A stretch of DNA of 64,000 bases, taken from positions 1,234 to 65,233 of the forward strand of contig JAICXX010000013.1 in assembly GCA_025934485.1 (NCBI GenBank). Reading direction: 5' to 3'. The DNA comes from Chitinophagaceae bacterium (GTDB lineage: Bacteria; Bacteroidota; Bacteroidia; Chitinophagales; Chitinophagaceae). Shown in pieces: positions 54,873-63,298 of this stretch. A program made the position numbers and the translations under genes. Position 1 is the stretch's first letter. Each line of letters starts with the position of its first letter. A model generated the notes under the pieces. That model did no database searches. It saw only the letters and a program-made list of their open reading frames with translations, and had not been told where the DNA came from.

Positions 54873-56782
54873 TTTAGCACAGGCAGGATGATCCGGGAAG
54901 GATGTTCGGCGTCGTGAAAGACGCGGATCGTCTCCTTCTGGAAATCGCTGTCATCGGCCGTATAAATATCGACAAACTTCTGCGGATTCCGGTCGGCTAG
55001 TGGGAACCAGGTGCTCTGGATCTGGATCATCAGCCGGTGCCCTTTTTTGAACGTATGTGCGATATCGGGCACGGCCCATTTCACTGTCTCCACCTTGCCG
55101 GGAGTGAAGGGGACGGGTTTTTCAAAGCTTTCCCGGAAGCGCCCGCGCATGATCTCGGCGTGGACCAACATCTGGTAGCCGCCCATGGGGTAGCCGGCAG
55201 GGTTGTCGTGACCGCGGACGGGGAGGGCGGACGGCGCGGTATAGCTGAAGTCGTCGGGGAAGACATCGATGACCTTGACCACGAAATCGGCGTCGGTGCT
55301 GCTGAGGCTTACCTTCAGATCGGCGATCACGGGGCCGGCGAGTGTGAGGTCTTCGGTAAGGACCGGTGTCTGAAAGGTCAGCACGTCTGTTCGGCGGGAG
55401 GCGAAGCGCTGGTCGTCGTCCATGTATTCGCGGGTGCGGTTGAAATGAACGTCTTGGGTATACGGCACCGGGTGGGCGGGATCGCTGATGTATTCGCTTG
55501 CGCTGTTCTTGCATGTGGGTGCGGTCCAGGCGAGACCGCCATCGGGCTGCAGATACATCGGCTGGTCCTGGGATTGTTTGGGCGGCCATTGGTCGAAGGT
55601 CTTCCATTGGTTGGCGCCGGTAAAGAAGATCGTGGCGGCGGCAAGATTCGGGTCGGCGCCTTTGCCTTTGAGATAGTAGTTGAAGAAGGGGATCTCGATG
55701 TTGTTCTCATACCACCAGGAGGTGTTGGAGCCCCACTGCACATTGCCAAGATGGGTGCCGTCGAGGGAGGCCCACTGTCCATGGTACCAGGGGCCCATCA
55801 CGATATGGCTGTTGGTGGCGGGGCTTTGGGCCTTGAGCGCCTTATAGACATTCCAGGCGCCGAAACAGTCTTCCGCGTCGTAGAGTCCGCCAACGACGAG
55901 CATTGCCGGCTTGATATCATGGAGCGCCACGCGGGCGTTGCGGGCCTGCCACCAGCCGTCGCGGTTGGGATGCTGGTAAAGATCTTTCCAGAAGGCGATG
56001 GAGTCGCCGGTGAGGGTCAGGATATTCTTCAGGGCGCCGGTCTCGAGATACCATTTGTAGTTGTCCTTGGTATAATAGTCGAAGCCCGTGGGGCCTACGG
56101 TCGTAGGTTGTGGCCGCGGTTTACCAAACGAGGAATAGAAGGCCCATGCGTCCATGACGAAGAAGGCGCCGTTGTGGTGAAAATCATCGCCCATGAACCA
56201 GTCGGTAACCGGGGCTTGTGGGCTCACGGCCTTGAGCGCCGGATGGGCGCTGGCGGCGGCCATGGTGCTGTAGAAACCGGGATAGGAGGTGCCGAAGACG
56301 CCTACGCGGCCATTGTTATGCGGAACATTCTTCACGAGCCAGTCGATAGCGTCGTAGGTGTCGGTGGACTCGTCTATGTTCCTGGCGGAATCTTTGATAT
56401 CGCCGGCTTTTTTGTCCTTAATGAACGGGCGTACATCCACGAACTGCCCTTCGCTCATCCAGCGGCCGCGGACGTCCTGGGTCACCATGATATAGCCTTC
56501 GCGGAGATAATAGCGGAGATAGCTTGTATAATAATTCCGCCATTTTTCCGCGCCATAGGGTGCACAGGAATACGGAGTACGGGTCATCAGGATGGGGTGC
56601 TTTTCCGTGGTGTCTTTTGGAATATAGAGTGTGGTGAACAACTTAACGCCATCACGCATGGGAATATACTGTTCCAACTTAAAGTAATTTTCCCGTATCC
56701 ATGCGCTGTCCTGCGCGGTGCCTTGTGCATAGGTGACTCCCGCCGTTATGGTGAGGAGGAGAAAAAATAGAAATTTTCTCAT
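54869..56782 (-). CDS. CocE/NonD-family (peptidase S15-like) hydrolase, tandem paralog
   Basis: 637 aa with IPMRDGVKLFTTLYIPKD...LMTRTPY and GTSYPG. It is collinear with 52950-54872. Confidence 0.85.
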   Translation of the reverse strand: MRKFLFFLLLTITAGVTYAQGTAQDSAWIRENYFKLEQYIPMRDGVKLFTTLYIPKDTTEKHPILMTRTPYSCAPYGAEKWRNYYTSYLRYYLREGYIMVTQDVRGRWMSEGQFVDVRPFIKDKKAGDIKDSARNIDESTDTYDAIDWLVKNVPHNNGRVGVFGTSYPGFYSTMAAASAHPALKAVSPQAPVTDWFMGDDFHHNGAFFVMDAWAFYSSFGKPRPQPTTVGPTGFDYYTKDNYKWYLETGALKNILTLTGDSIAFWKDLYQHPNRDGWWQARNARVALHDIKPAMLVVGGLYDAEDCFGAWNVYKALKAQSPATNSHIVMGPWYHGQWASLDGTHLGNVQWGSNTSWWYENNIEIPFFNYYLKGKGADPNLAAATIFFTGANQWKTFDQWPPKQSQDQPMYLQPDGGLAWTAPTCKNSASEYISDPAHPVPYTQDVHFNRTREYMDDDQRFASRRTDVLTFQTPVLTEDLTLAGPVIADLKVSLSSTDADFVVKVIDVFPDDFSYTAPSALPVRGHDNPAGYPMGGYQMLVHAEIMRGRFRESFEKPVPFTPGKVETVKWAVPDIAHTFKKGHRLMIQIQSTWFPLADRNPQKFVDIYTADDSDFQKETIRVFHDAEHPSRIILPVLK

Positions 56783-56825
56783 GTTATGCGTTATGTTTAG
56801 TTTAGAGATTCAATTTAGGTAAAAC

Positions 56826-57932
56826 ATGTCTAACCGGAGGAAGTTTTTGCAGTCATCCCTTCTGGGATCGCTGGGTATTTTTATGAATAGGAAGGCTGTC
56901 GCCGCTGTCGTCGATCATAGCAGTGCCGGCGGCAATGTTGCCGGGCAGCCGGTGGTGCTTTCGACCTGGGACACGGGGGTTGCGGCCAATAAGGGCGCCT
57001 GGGAGATCCTAGTCAAAAATGGTCATGCCCTGGATGCAGTGGAAGCGGGGGTACGCGTCACGGAGGCTTCCATTAATTGTTGTGTAGGTTTGGGCGCCAA
57101 CCCCGACAGAGATGGACATGTAACCCTGGATGCAAGTATTATGGACCACCAGTGGAATTGCGGCGCTGTAGCTGCGTTGGAGCGGATCAAACATCCGATC
57201 TCGGTGGCGCGGCGGGTCATGGAGAAGACCCCGCATGTGCTGCTGGTCGGCGTGGGGGCGCAGCAGTTTGCAGTGGCCGAAGGGTTCCCCTTGCAACCGG
57301 AAGTGTTGTCCGAAGATGCCAGGAAGGCCTATCAGGAATGGCTCAAGAAATCGGAATATAAGCCGGTGATCAATATCGAGAATACAAAGAGCAGTGGCGC
57401 CGTGCCGCATGCGGCGGGCGATGGGGTTGCAGCCGCTGATGGTTCCGATGGGCCCGTGTATGCCGCGGCGCCGGCGCGGCTCGCCGACGGCGGATGGAAC
57501 CACGACACCATCGGGATGATCGCCATGGATGCCGCCGGCAATCTGAGCGGCAGCTGCACGACGAGCGGCATGGCATTCAAGATGCGGGGAAGGGTAGGGG
57601 ATTCGCCGATCATCGGAGCGGGATTGTTTGTCGACAACGAGGTCGGCGCCGTTACGGCTACGGGACAGGGTGAAGACGTGATCCGCATCTGTGGTTCGCA
57701 TAGCGTGGTAGAATATATGCGTCAGGGGCTATCGCCCGAGCAGGCCTGCAAAGCGGCGGTAGAAAAGATCGCGCGGATAAAAAAAGAAAAAGCGAAGGAT
57801 ATCCAGGTGGGCTTTATCGCCATCAATAAAAAAGGAGAGACGGGCGGATATGCCTTGCAGCCCGGTTTTTCGTATGCGATCAAAAGCGGGACGGAAGAAC
57901 GGCTGATACCCGCAAAGAGTTATTTTTCATAA
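56826..57932 (+). CDS. glycosylasparaginase (N4-(beta-N-acetylglucosaminyl)-L-asparaginase, Ntn hydrolase)
   Basis: Tat-like signal MSNRRKFLQSS and the autoprocessing/nucleophile site HDTIGMIAMD. The stretch GRVGDSPIIGAGLFVDNEVGAVTATGQGE is typical of the family. Confidence 0.85.
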   Translation: MSNRRKFLQSSLLGSLGIFMNRKAVAAVVDHSSAGGNVAGQPVVLSTWDTGVAANKGAWEILVKNGHALDAVEAGVRVTEASINCCVGLGANPDRDGHVTLDASIMDHQWNCGAVAALERIKHPISVARRVMEKTPHVLLVGVGAQQFAVAEGFPLQPEVLSEDARKAYQEWLKKSEYKPVINIENTKSSGAVPHAAGDGVAAADGSDGPVYAAAPARLADGGWNHDTIGMIAMDAAGNLSGSCTTSGMAFKMRGRVGDSPIIGAGLFVDNEVGAVTATGQGEDVIRICGSHSVVEYMRQGLSPEQACKAAVEKIARIKKEKAKDIQVGFIAINKKGETGGYALQPGFSYAIKSGTEERLIPAKSYFS

Positions 57933-57942
57933 CGGACATTAT

Positions 57943-58677
57943 ATGAACTACCGGTTAGAGATATGTGCATTTAACCTGGCTTCGGCGCTGGTGGCGCAGG
58001 AGGCGGGAGCGGACAGGATCGAATTTTGTGCCGGGCCCGAAGAGGGCGGCACCACGCCTTCGATGGGAGCGATCCGCACGGCGCGGGAGACGCTGCGGAT
58101 ACCGTTGTATCCTATCATCCGGCCGCGAGGCGGAGATTTCCTGTACTCCGATGAGGAGTTCCGAAGCATGATCCGGGATATCGAATATTGCAAACAAGTA
58201 GGTTGCAATGGGGTCGTGTTCGGCATCCTTTGTCCCGATGGTTCCATAGATAAAACACGTTGTGCCCGTCTCGTGGAACTTGCCTATCCCCTGGGGGTGA
58301 CCTTTCACCGGGCCTTCGACTGGTGCTCGAATCCTTTCGAGGCGCTGGAGACGATCATCGGAATCGGCTGTGAGCGGATCCTGACGTCGGGGCAGCGGCC
58401 CAAAGCGCTCGACGGGGTAGAGATGATCGACCAGCTGGTGCGTGAAGCCGACGACCGCATCGTGATCATGCCCGGATCGGGTGTTCGCTCCGCGAATATC
58501 GTGGAGTTGGCCGAGAAGACCGGCGCCTCAGAGTTCCATACCTCGGCGCGGGTGTTGAAAGCCAGTGCCATGACCTTTGTGAATGCGGCCATGAAGGAGA
58601 GCCAGGACAACGTGATGGTGGACCTGGATGAGGTCCGGAAAATAAAAGAACAGTTAGACGCCTTTACGGGCGTCTAA
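57943..58677 (+). CDS. cutC: CutC-family TIM-barrel protein
   Basis: LEICAFNLASALVAQEAGADRIEFC opening; 244 aa. Confidence 0.8.
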   Translation: MNYRLEICAFNLASALVAQEAGADRIEFCAGPEEGGTTPSMGAIRTARETLRIPLYPIIRPRGGDFLYSDEEFRSMIRDIEYCKQVGCNGVVFGILCPDGSIDKTRCARLVELAYPLGVTFHRAFDWCSNPFEALETIIGIGCERILTSGQRPKALDGVEMIDQLVREADDRIVIMPGSGVRSANIVELAEKTGASEFHTSARVLKASAMTFVNAAMKESQDNVMVDLDEVRKIKEQLDAFTGV

Positions 58678-58686
58678 CCGAAAAAA

Positions 58687-60180
58687 CTATTTCAACTTCG
58701 TGATCTTGAGCATGTTTGTCGGCAGGTGTTCCTGGATGGGCAGGCTGCCGGTGTTGACGACTACGTCTCCTGGTTTAACAAAGCCACGTTCCTTGAGGAT
58801 CTCATGCTGATCGTGGATGATGTCGTCGACGCTCTCTTCTTCGCCATAGTGGAAAGCGCGAACCCCCCAGCTCAGGCTGAGCTGGTTGATCAGGCTTTTC
58901 TCCTTGGAGAAGATATACAATGGCGATTTGGGCCGGTAGCTCGAGAGGATAAAGGCTGTATAGCCGGATTGCGTCATACCGATGATGGCATCCGCGTTGG
59001 CGTCCCTGGCCAGCTTACAGGCGTTGTAACAGATGGCGTCGCTGAGGAACGACGGGGAGTGCGGTTGCGGCACCAGGTCGTCTTCGCGGTTATAAGGGTA
59101 TTCGGTCTTTTCAACTTCGAGGATGATCTTGCGCATGGTCTCGACGACGAGGGCGGGGTGCTGACCCGTGGCCGTTTCGGCGCTCAGCATCACGGCGTCT
59201 GCGCCTTCGAGGACGGCGTTGGCGACGTCGGTTATCTCGCTGCGGTTGGGCTTGACGCGGTCGATCATGCTTTCCATCATTTGGGTGGCGACGATCACGG
59301 GTTTCGCGCGGTGGATACATTTCCGGATGATCTCGCGCTGGGCCATGGGGACCTTCTCGACGGGCAGTTCTACGCCGAGGTCGCCGCGGGCTACCATCAC
59401 GGCATCGGAGGCGTTGACGATATTGCGCAGGTCGTCCATTGCGGAAGGCATTTCGATCTTGGCGATGACCTTGGACTGGCTTTTCCTTTCGGCAAGCCGG
59501 CGTTTGAGGTCGATGATATCTTCTACTTTACGAACGAAGGAAAGTGCTACCCAGTCCAGCTTTTGCTCGATGATGAATTCCAGGTCGACAATATCTTTTT
59601 CGGTCATGGCGGGGAGGGAGATCTTGGTGTCGGGCAGGTTGACGCCTTTTTTCGGGAGCAGTACACCGCCATAGGTAACGGCTACCTTGACATCGCCTTC
59701 GGGCGTTACGTTGACGACGACCACTTCCAGTTTTCCATCGTCGATGAGTATCTTGTTGCCGACCTGAACATCGTGGTGCAGATTGGGGTAAGAGACATAG
59801 ATCTTTTCCTTTGTTCCCACCACCTTTTCGCGGGAGGTGAAGGTGAGGATATCGCCGGGGGCGATGGTGAGGCTGCCGTTCTGGATATCGCCCACGCGAA
59901 GTTTCGGACCTTGCAGGTCACCGAGGATGGAAACGTTATAGGGTTCGTTGACATTGATGGCGCGGATGTGCTCGATGATCGCGGCCTTGCCGGCATGATC
60001 ACCGTGGGAGAAGTTGAGGCGGAAGACGTTGACGCCCGCTTTGACCAGCTCCAACAGTTTGTCATAGGTGTCGCAGGCAGGCCCCACGGTAGCTACGATC
60101 TTCGTTTTATGAAAGGCGTGCTGTTGACCTGCTTCTTTATCCATATCCTGGTACAGGTACTTCGATAAATTCTTTGACAT
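58687..60180 (-). CDS. pyk: pyruvate kinase
   Basis: KTKIVATVGPA, MVARGDLGVE and the C-terminal regulatory domain are present. The start could instead be Met13 (60144). Confidence 0.95.
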   Translation of the reverse strand: MSKNLSKYLYQDMDKEAGQQHAFHKTKIVATVGPACDTYDKLLELVKAGVNVFRLNFSHGDHAGKAAIIEHIRAINVNEPYNVSILGDLQGPKLRVGDIQNGSLTIAPGDILTFTSREKVVGTKEKIYVSYPNLHHDVQVGNKILIDDGKLEVVVVNVTPEGDVKVAVTYGGVLLPKKGVNLPDTKISLPAMTEKDIVDLEFIIEQKLDWVALSFVRKVEDIIDLKRRLAERKSQSKVIAKIEMPSAMDDLRNIVNASDAVMVARGDLGVELPVEKVPMAQREIIRKCIHRAKPVIVATQMMESMIDRVKPNRSEITDVANAVLEGADAVMLSAETATGQHPALVVETMRKIILEVEKTEYPYNREDDLVPQPHSPSFLSDAICYNACKLARDANADAIIGMTQSGYTAFILSSYRPKSPLYIFSKEKSLINQLSLSWGVRAFHYGEEESVDDIIHDQHEILKERGFVKPGDVVVNTGSLPIQEHLPTNMLKITKLK

Positions 60181-60209
60181 TGAAGGATTTTTTGTTTGCG
60201 CTAATGACC

Positions 60210-61187
60210 TTAAGATGCTAATATTTTGACGATTTTCAGCCAGTCTTCGCTGATCTTTTGTTTTGCTTTGACGGCTTTCTCGAGGGGTGTATAATGCATC
60301 TTGTTATTAACGATGCCGATCATCACATTGTAACGGCCTTCGATGAGCGATTCCACCGCCGAATACCCCATGCGGCTGGCAATCAGCCGGTCCATACAGG
60401 AAGGGGCGCCGCCGCGCTGGATATGTCCGAGTACGCACACGCGGGTGTCAGCCGAGGGGACGCGTTCCTTGATGATCGCGGCCACGTCTTCCGCACCCCG
60501 GTCGCCTTCGGCTACGACGATGATGTTCACGAGCTTTTTGCGCCGTTCTTTTTCCAGCAGCCCGTTGACGAGCTCTTCGATATCCGTTTTACGTTCGGGG
60601 ATCAGGATGTTCTCTGCACCCGTAGCGATGCCGCTGTGGAGCGCGATATAGCCGGCGTCCCGGCCCATCACTTCGATGATAAAGAGACGGTCGTGGGCGT
60701 CCGCGGTGTCCCGGATCTTGTCGATGGCTTCTACGGCGGTATTCACGGCCGTATCGAAACCTATGGTGAAATCGGTACCCGCGATATCTTTGTCGATGGT
60801 GCCGGGGAGGCCGATACAGGGGATATCGAACTCTTGGCTAAGTTTATGGGCGCCCCGGAAGGAGCCGTCGCCGCCGATGATCACCAGGCCATTGATACCT
60901 AGTTTTTTGAGGTTGGCGTGGGCCTTTTTCCGACCTTCGTGTTCGAAGAATTCTTTACACCGTGCAGTTTTGAGGATTGTTCCGCCGCGCTGGATGATAT
61001 TGGCGACGCTGCGGCTGTGCATAGGTACGATATCGTTTTCGATCATTCCGCTATAACCCCGCATGATCCCAAATACCTCCAATCCATTATAAATACCGGT
61101 ACGAACAACGGCACGGATGGCTGCATTCATTCCCGGAGCATCACCGCCGGAAGTGAGTACGCCAATTTTAGTGACTTTGTTTTCCAT
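60210..61187 (-). CDS. pfkA: ATP-dependent 6-phosphofructokinase
   Basis: IGVLTSGGDAPGMNAAIR, GLPGTIDKD and VMGRDAGYIAL motifs; 325 aa. Confidence 0.95.
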   Translation of the reverse strand: MENKVTKIGVLTSGGDAPGMNAAIRAVVRTGIYNGLEVFGIMRGYSGMIENDIVPMHSRSVANIIQRGGTILKTARCKEFFEHEGRKKAHANLKKLGINGLVIIGGDGSFRGAHKLSQEFDIPCIGLPGTIDKDIAGTDFTIGFDTAVNTAVEAIDKIRDTADAHDRLFIIEVMGRDAGYIALHSGIATGAENILIPERKTDIEELVNGLLEKERRKKLVNIIVVAEGDRGAEDVAAIIKERVPSADTRVCVLGHIQRGGAPSCMDRLIASRMGYSAVESLIEGRYNVMIGIVNNKMHYTPLEKAVKAKQKISEDWLKIVKILAS

Positions 61188-61351
61188 TTTGGAAGCCTCT
61201 TCTTATAATTTGTAGTTTAAAAAAGTTTAACTAATGGCACGAATTGTTAGAAAATATCATATTTTTTTACGAAAACGTTCCCGCTGGTCAAAATGAAGTC
61301 CCAAAAGTAAGGATTTGAATTGAATTGCAGACATTAGAAGCCGAATGTTGT

Positions 61352-62341
61352 ATGGAATTCGGGAAAGTACAATACATAGATCATATTAATTTTTCATTAC
61401 CGCCTGACGATCCGGTGACGGAGCTTTTGTGGGAACGCCTGGCTCCCTTGCCGCGCGAGCCTTTGCGGGTACATGTAGGCGGCACGGAGTGGGGACGTAC
61501 CAGCTGGGTGGGGCGAGCTTATCCGCTGGGGACAAAGCCCAAAGATTTTCTTGCCTGGTATTCGCGTCAGTTCAATACCATCGAGCTCAACACGCTTTTT
61601 TATGGTGTGCCGGCGACGACTACCATCCGGAAATGGGTGGATGCGGTGGTGCCCGGTTTTACCTTTTGTCCTAAATTTCCGGAGGCCATCAGCCACAAGC
61701 TGCAGCTGTCGAATGCCTCGCGTGAAACCACCGAGTTCATCGACGCGCTTGGACTCTTCGAAGGGAAGCTGGGACCGGCGTTCCTGCTGTTATCGGATCG
61801 TTTTAGTCCCGGGCAGGCCGGGCTTTTGCAGCATTACGTCCGGCATCTGCCCACGGGTTTCGCCGCCTGTGTGGAGCTGCGCGGCCAGGACTGGTTCGGC
61901 GCGCCCGCGGCGGCCTTTACCGGATCCGCCAGTGCGGGGCCTTTCGGTGGGTCAGCGACCGATGGCCCTTACGCCGCAGCCATCCAGGATACTTTTCATG
62001 AGATGCTGGACAGAGGGGTAGGCACGGTGATCACTGACGTGGCCGGACGCAGGGACGTGCTGCATATGCGGCTGACCTCGCCGGTGGCCTTTATCCGTTT
62101 TGTCACGAACAGTCTGCATCCCACCGACTACCAACGTGCCGATGCGTGGGTGGAGCGGCTTGCGCAGTGGGCTTCGAAAGGCCTGCGAGAGGTCTATATT
62201 TTTGTCCATAGCCCCGAAGAGCTTACTTCGCCGGAGATGATGAAATACCTGATCATTAAATTCAATGAATACGGGCTCGCGTCGCTGCCGGTGCCCAATC
62301 TGGTGAATGGCGGGCAGCCGGGGAATCTTTCTTTGTTCTGA
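61352..62341 (+). CDS. DUF72-family protein
   Basis: FLAWYSRQFNTIELNTLFYGVP is the DUF72 N-terminal signature. The start is at ATG 61352. It contains a Gly/Ala/Ser-rich insert (GAPAAAFTGSASAGPFGGSATDGPYAAA). Confidence 0.7.
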   Translation: MEFGKVQYIDHINFSLPPDDPVTELLWERLAPLPREPLRVHVGGTEWGRTSWVGRAYPLGTKPKDFLAWYSRQFNTIELNTLFYGVPATTTIRKWVDAVVPGFTFCPKFPEAISHKLQLSNASRETTEFIDALGLFEGKLGPAFLLLSDRFSPGQAGLLQHYVRHLPTGFAACVELRGQDWFGAPAAAFTGSASAGPFGGSATDGPYAAAIQDTFHEMLDRGVGTVITDVAGRRDVLHMRLTSPVAFIRFVTNSLHPTDYQRADAWVERLAQWASKGLREVYIFVHSPEELTSPEMMKYLIIKFNEYGLASLPVPNLVNGGQPGNLSLF

Positions 62342-62346
62342 TGCTC

Positions 62347-63264
62347 CTAGCCGGCGAGCGGCTCGAGATGGATCTCGGCCAGCATGCAACGGGCGCTGCC
62401 GCCGCCGTTAGTCTCGATGGTCGTGAGGGGAGCGTAGAGGATACGATTGAAGGATTCTAATTGTTTTATTTGTTCGCGGGTCAATGATTGGAACGCCTGT
62501 GACGACATCACCAGCAGCTTTTCGCCTTTTTGGTTGTTCACCTGAAGCATATTTCCGGCAAAGTGGTTCATCTGGTCGAGGGTGATCGGGATGACCGTCT
62601 TGTCTGAGTTTCGGATCGTTGCTTGCAGGTGGGTCCGCTCTTTTTCATCCGGCACGGAGTCGAGGCAAACGACTACGTATTTATCAGCTACGCACATCAT
62701 CACATTGGTATGATAGATTGGCCGGTTCGCTGCATCCACGGCGGTAAAGACTTCCGCCGTGTAATCCATTTTTTTGCAGAAATCCAGCAGGACCTGTTTA
62801 TCGGTGCGTGGCGACAGACAGGCGTAGGCTATTTTTTTCTCGCGGTCCAGCACCATGCTGCCCGTGCCTTCGAGGAAGAGCGTCTCGTTTTCGTAGCCGC
62901 TGAAGTCGAGGGTGGCATCGATGAGGAATTTTTCGCCTACTGTCTTTAAGACACCAGGCTTGCGTTCGAGCCGGCGATTGACGGCAAACATCGGGTACAG
63001 ACACACCGTGCCTTCTTCGTGGAAGGAGATCCAGTTATTCGGGAAGATGCTATCGGGGGTGTAAGGCTGCGGGGTGTCTTCGATCACGGTGACGTCGACG
63101 CCGTTGTCGCGTAAAAGACGTACGAAGTTCTCGAACTCGCCGAGGGCACTGCGTTGCGCGTCGCCGGATTCGCCGGCGACCTGAAAGGCGTTGTTGACGG
63201 CAGTCTCCGCGTTGAAGCTGAAATTCACCGGCTTGATCATCAGTAAATGGGAGGTCGTTTGCAT
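62347..63264 (-). CDS. amidinotransferase-superfamily protein (CtlX-like citrulline utilisation hydrolase / arginine-deiminase-related)
   Basis: 305 aa. The MQTTSHLLMIKPVNFSFNAETAVNNAFQ opening and the C-terminal GGGSARCMLAE catalytic Cys context fit the family. The assignment is from memory. Confidence 0.7.
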   Translation of the reverse strand: MQTTSHLLMIKPVNFSFNAETAVNNAFQVAGESGDAQRSALGEFENFVRLLRDNGVDVTVIEDTPQPYTPDSIFPNNWISFHEEGTVCLYPMFAVNRRLERKPGVLKTVGEKFLIDATLDFSGYENETLFLEGTGSMVLDREKKIAYACLSPRTDKQVLLDFCKKMDYTAEVFTAVDAANRPIYHTNVMMCVADKYVVVCLDSVPDEKERTHLQATIRNSDKTVIPITLDQMNHFAGNMLQVNNQKGEKLLVMSSQAFQSLTREQIKQLESFNRILYAPLTTIETNGGGSARCMLAEIHLEPLAG

Positions 63265-63298
63265 AGTATCAATGTTGTGTTGCCGCTGCTTGCCGAGA

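Noticed and set aside
55037-56770. 577-aa ORF on the plus strand
   Set aside because: It lies entirely antisense to the well-supported CocE/NonD gene 54869-56782. Its composition is Gly/Ala/Val/Arg-rich with no motifs. This is the typical shadow ORF produced by high third-position GC.
58726-60168. 480-aa ORF on the plus strand
   Set aside because: It is antisense to pyruvate kinase, which has unmistakable family motifs. The sequence is a low-complexity Asp/Gly/Val/Ala-rich shadow ORF.
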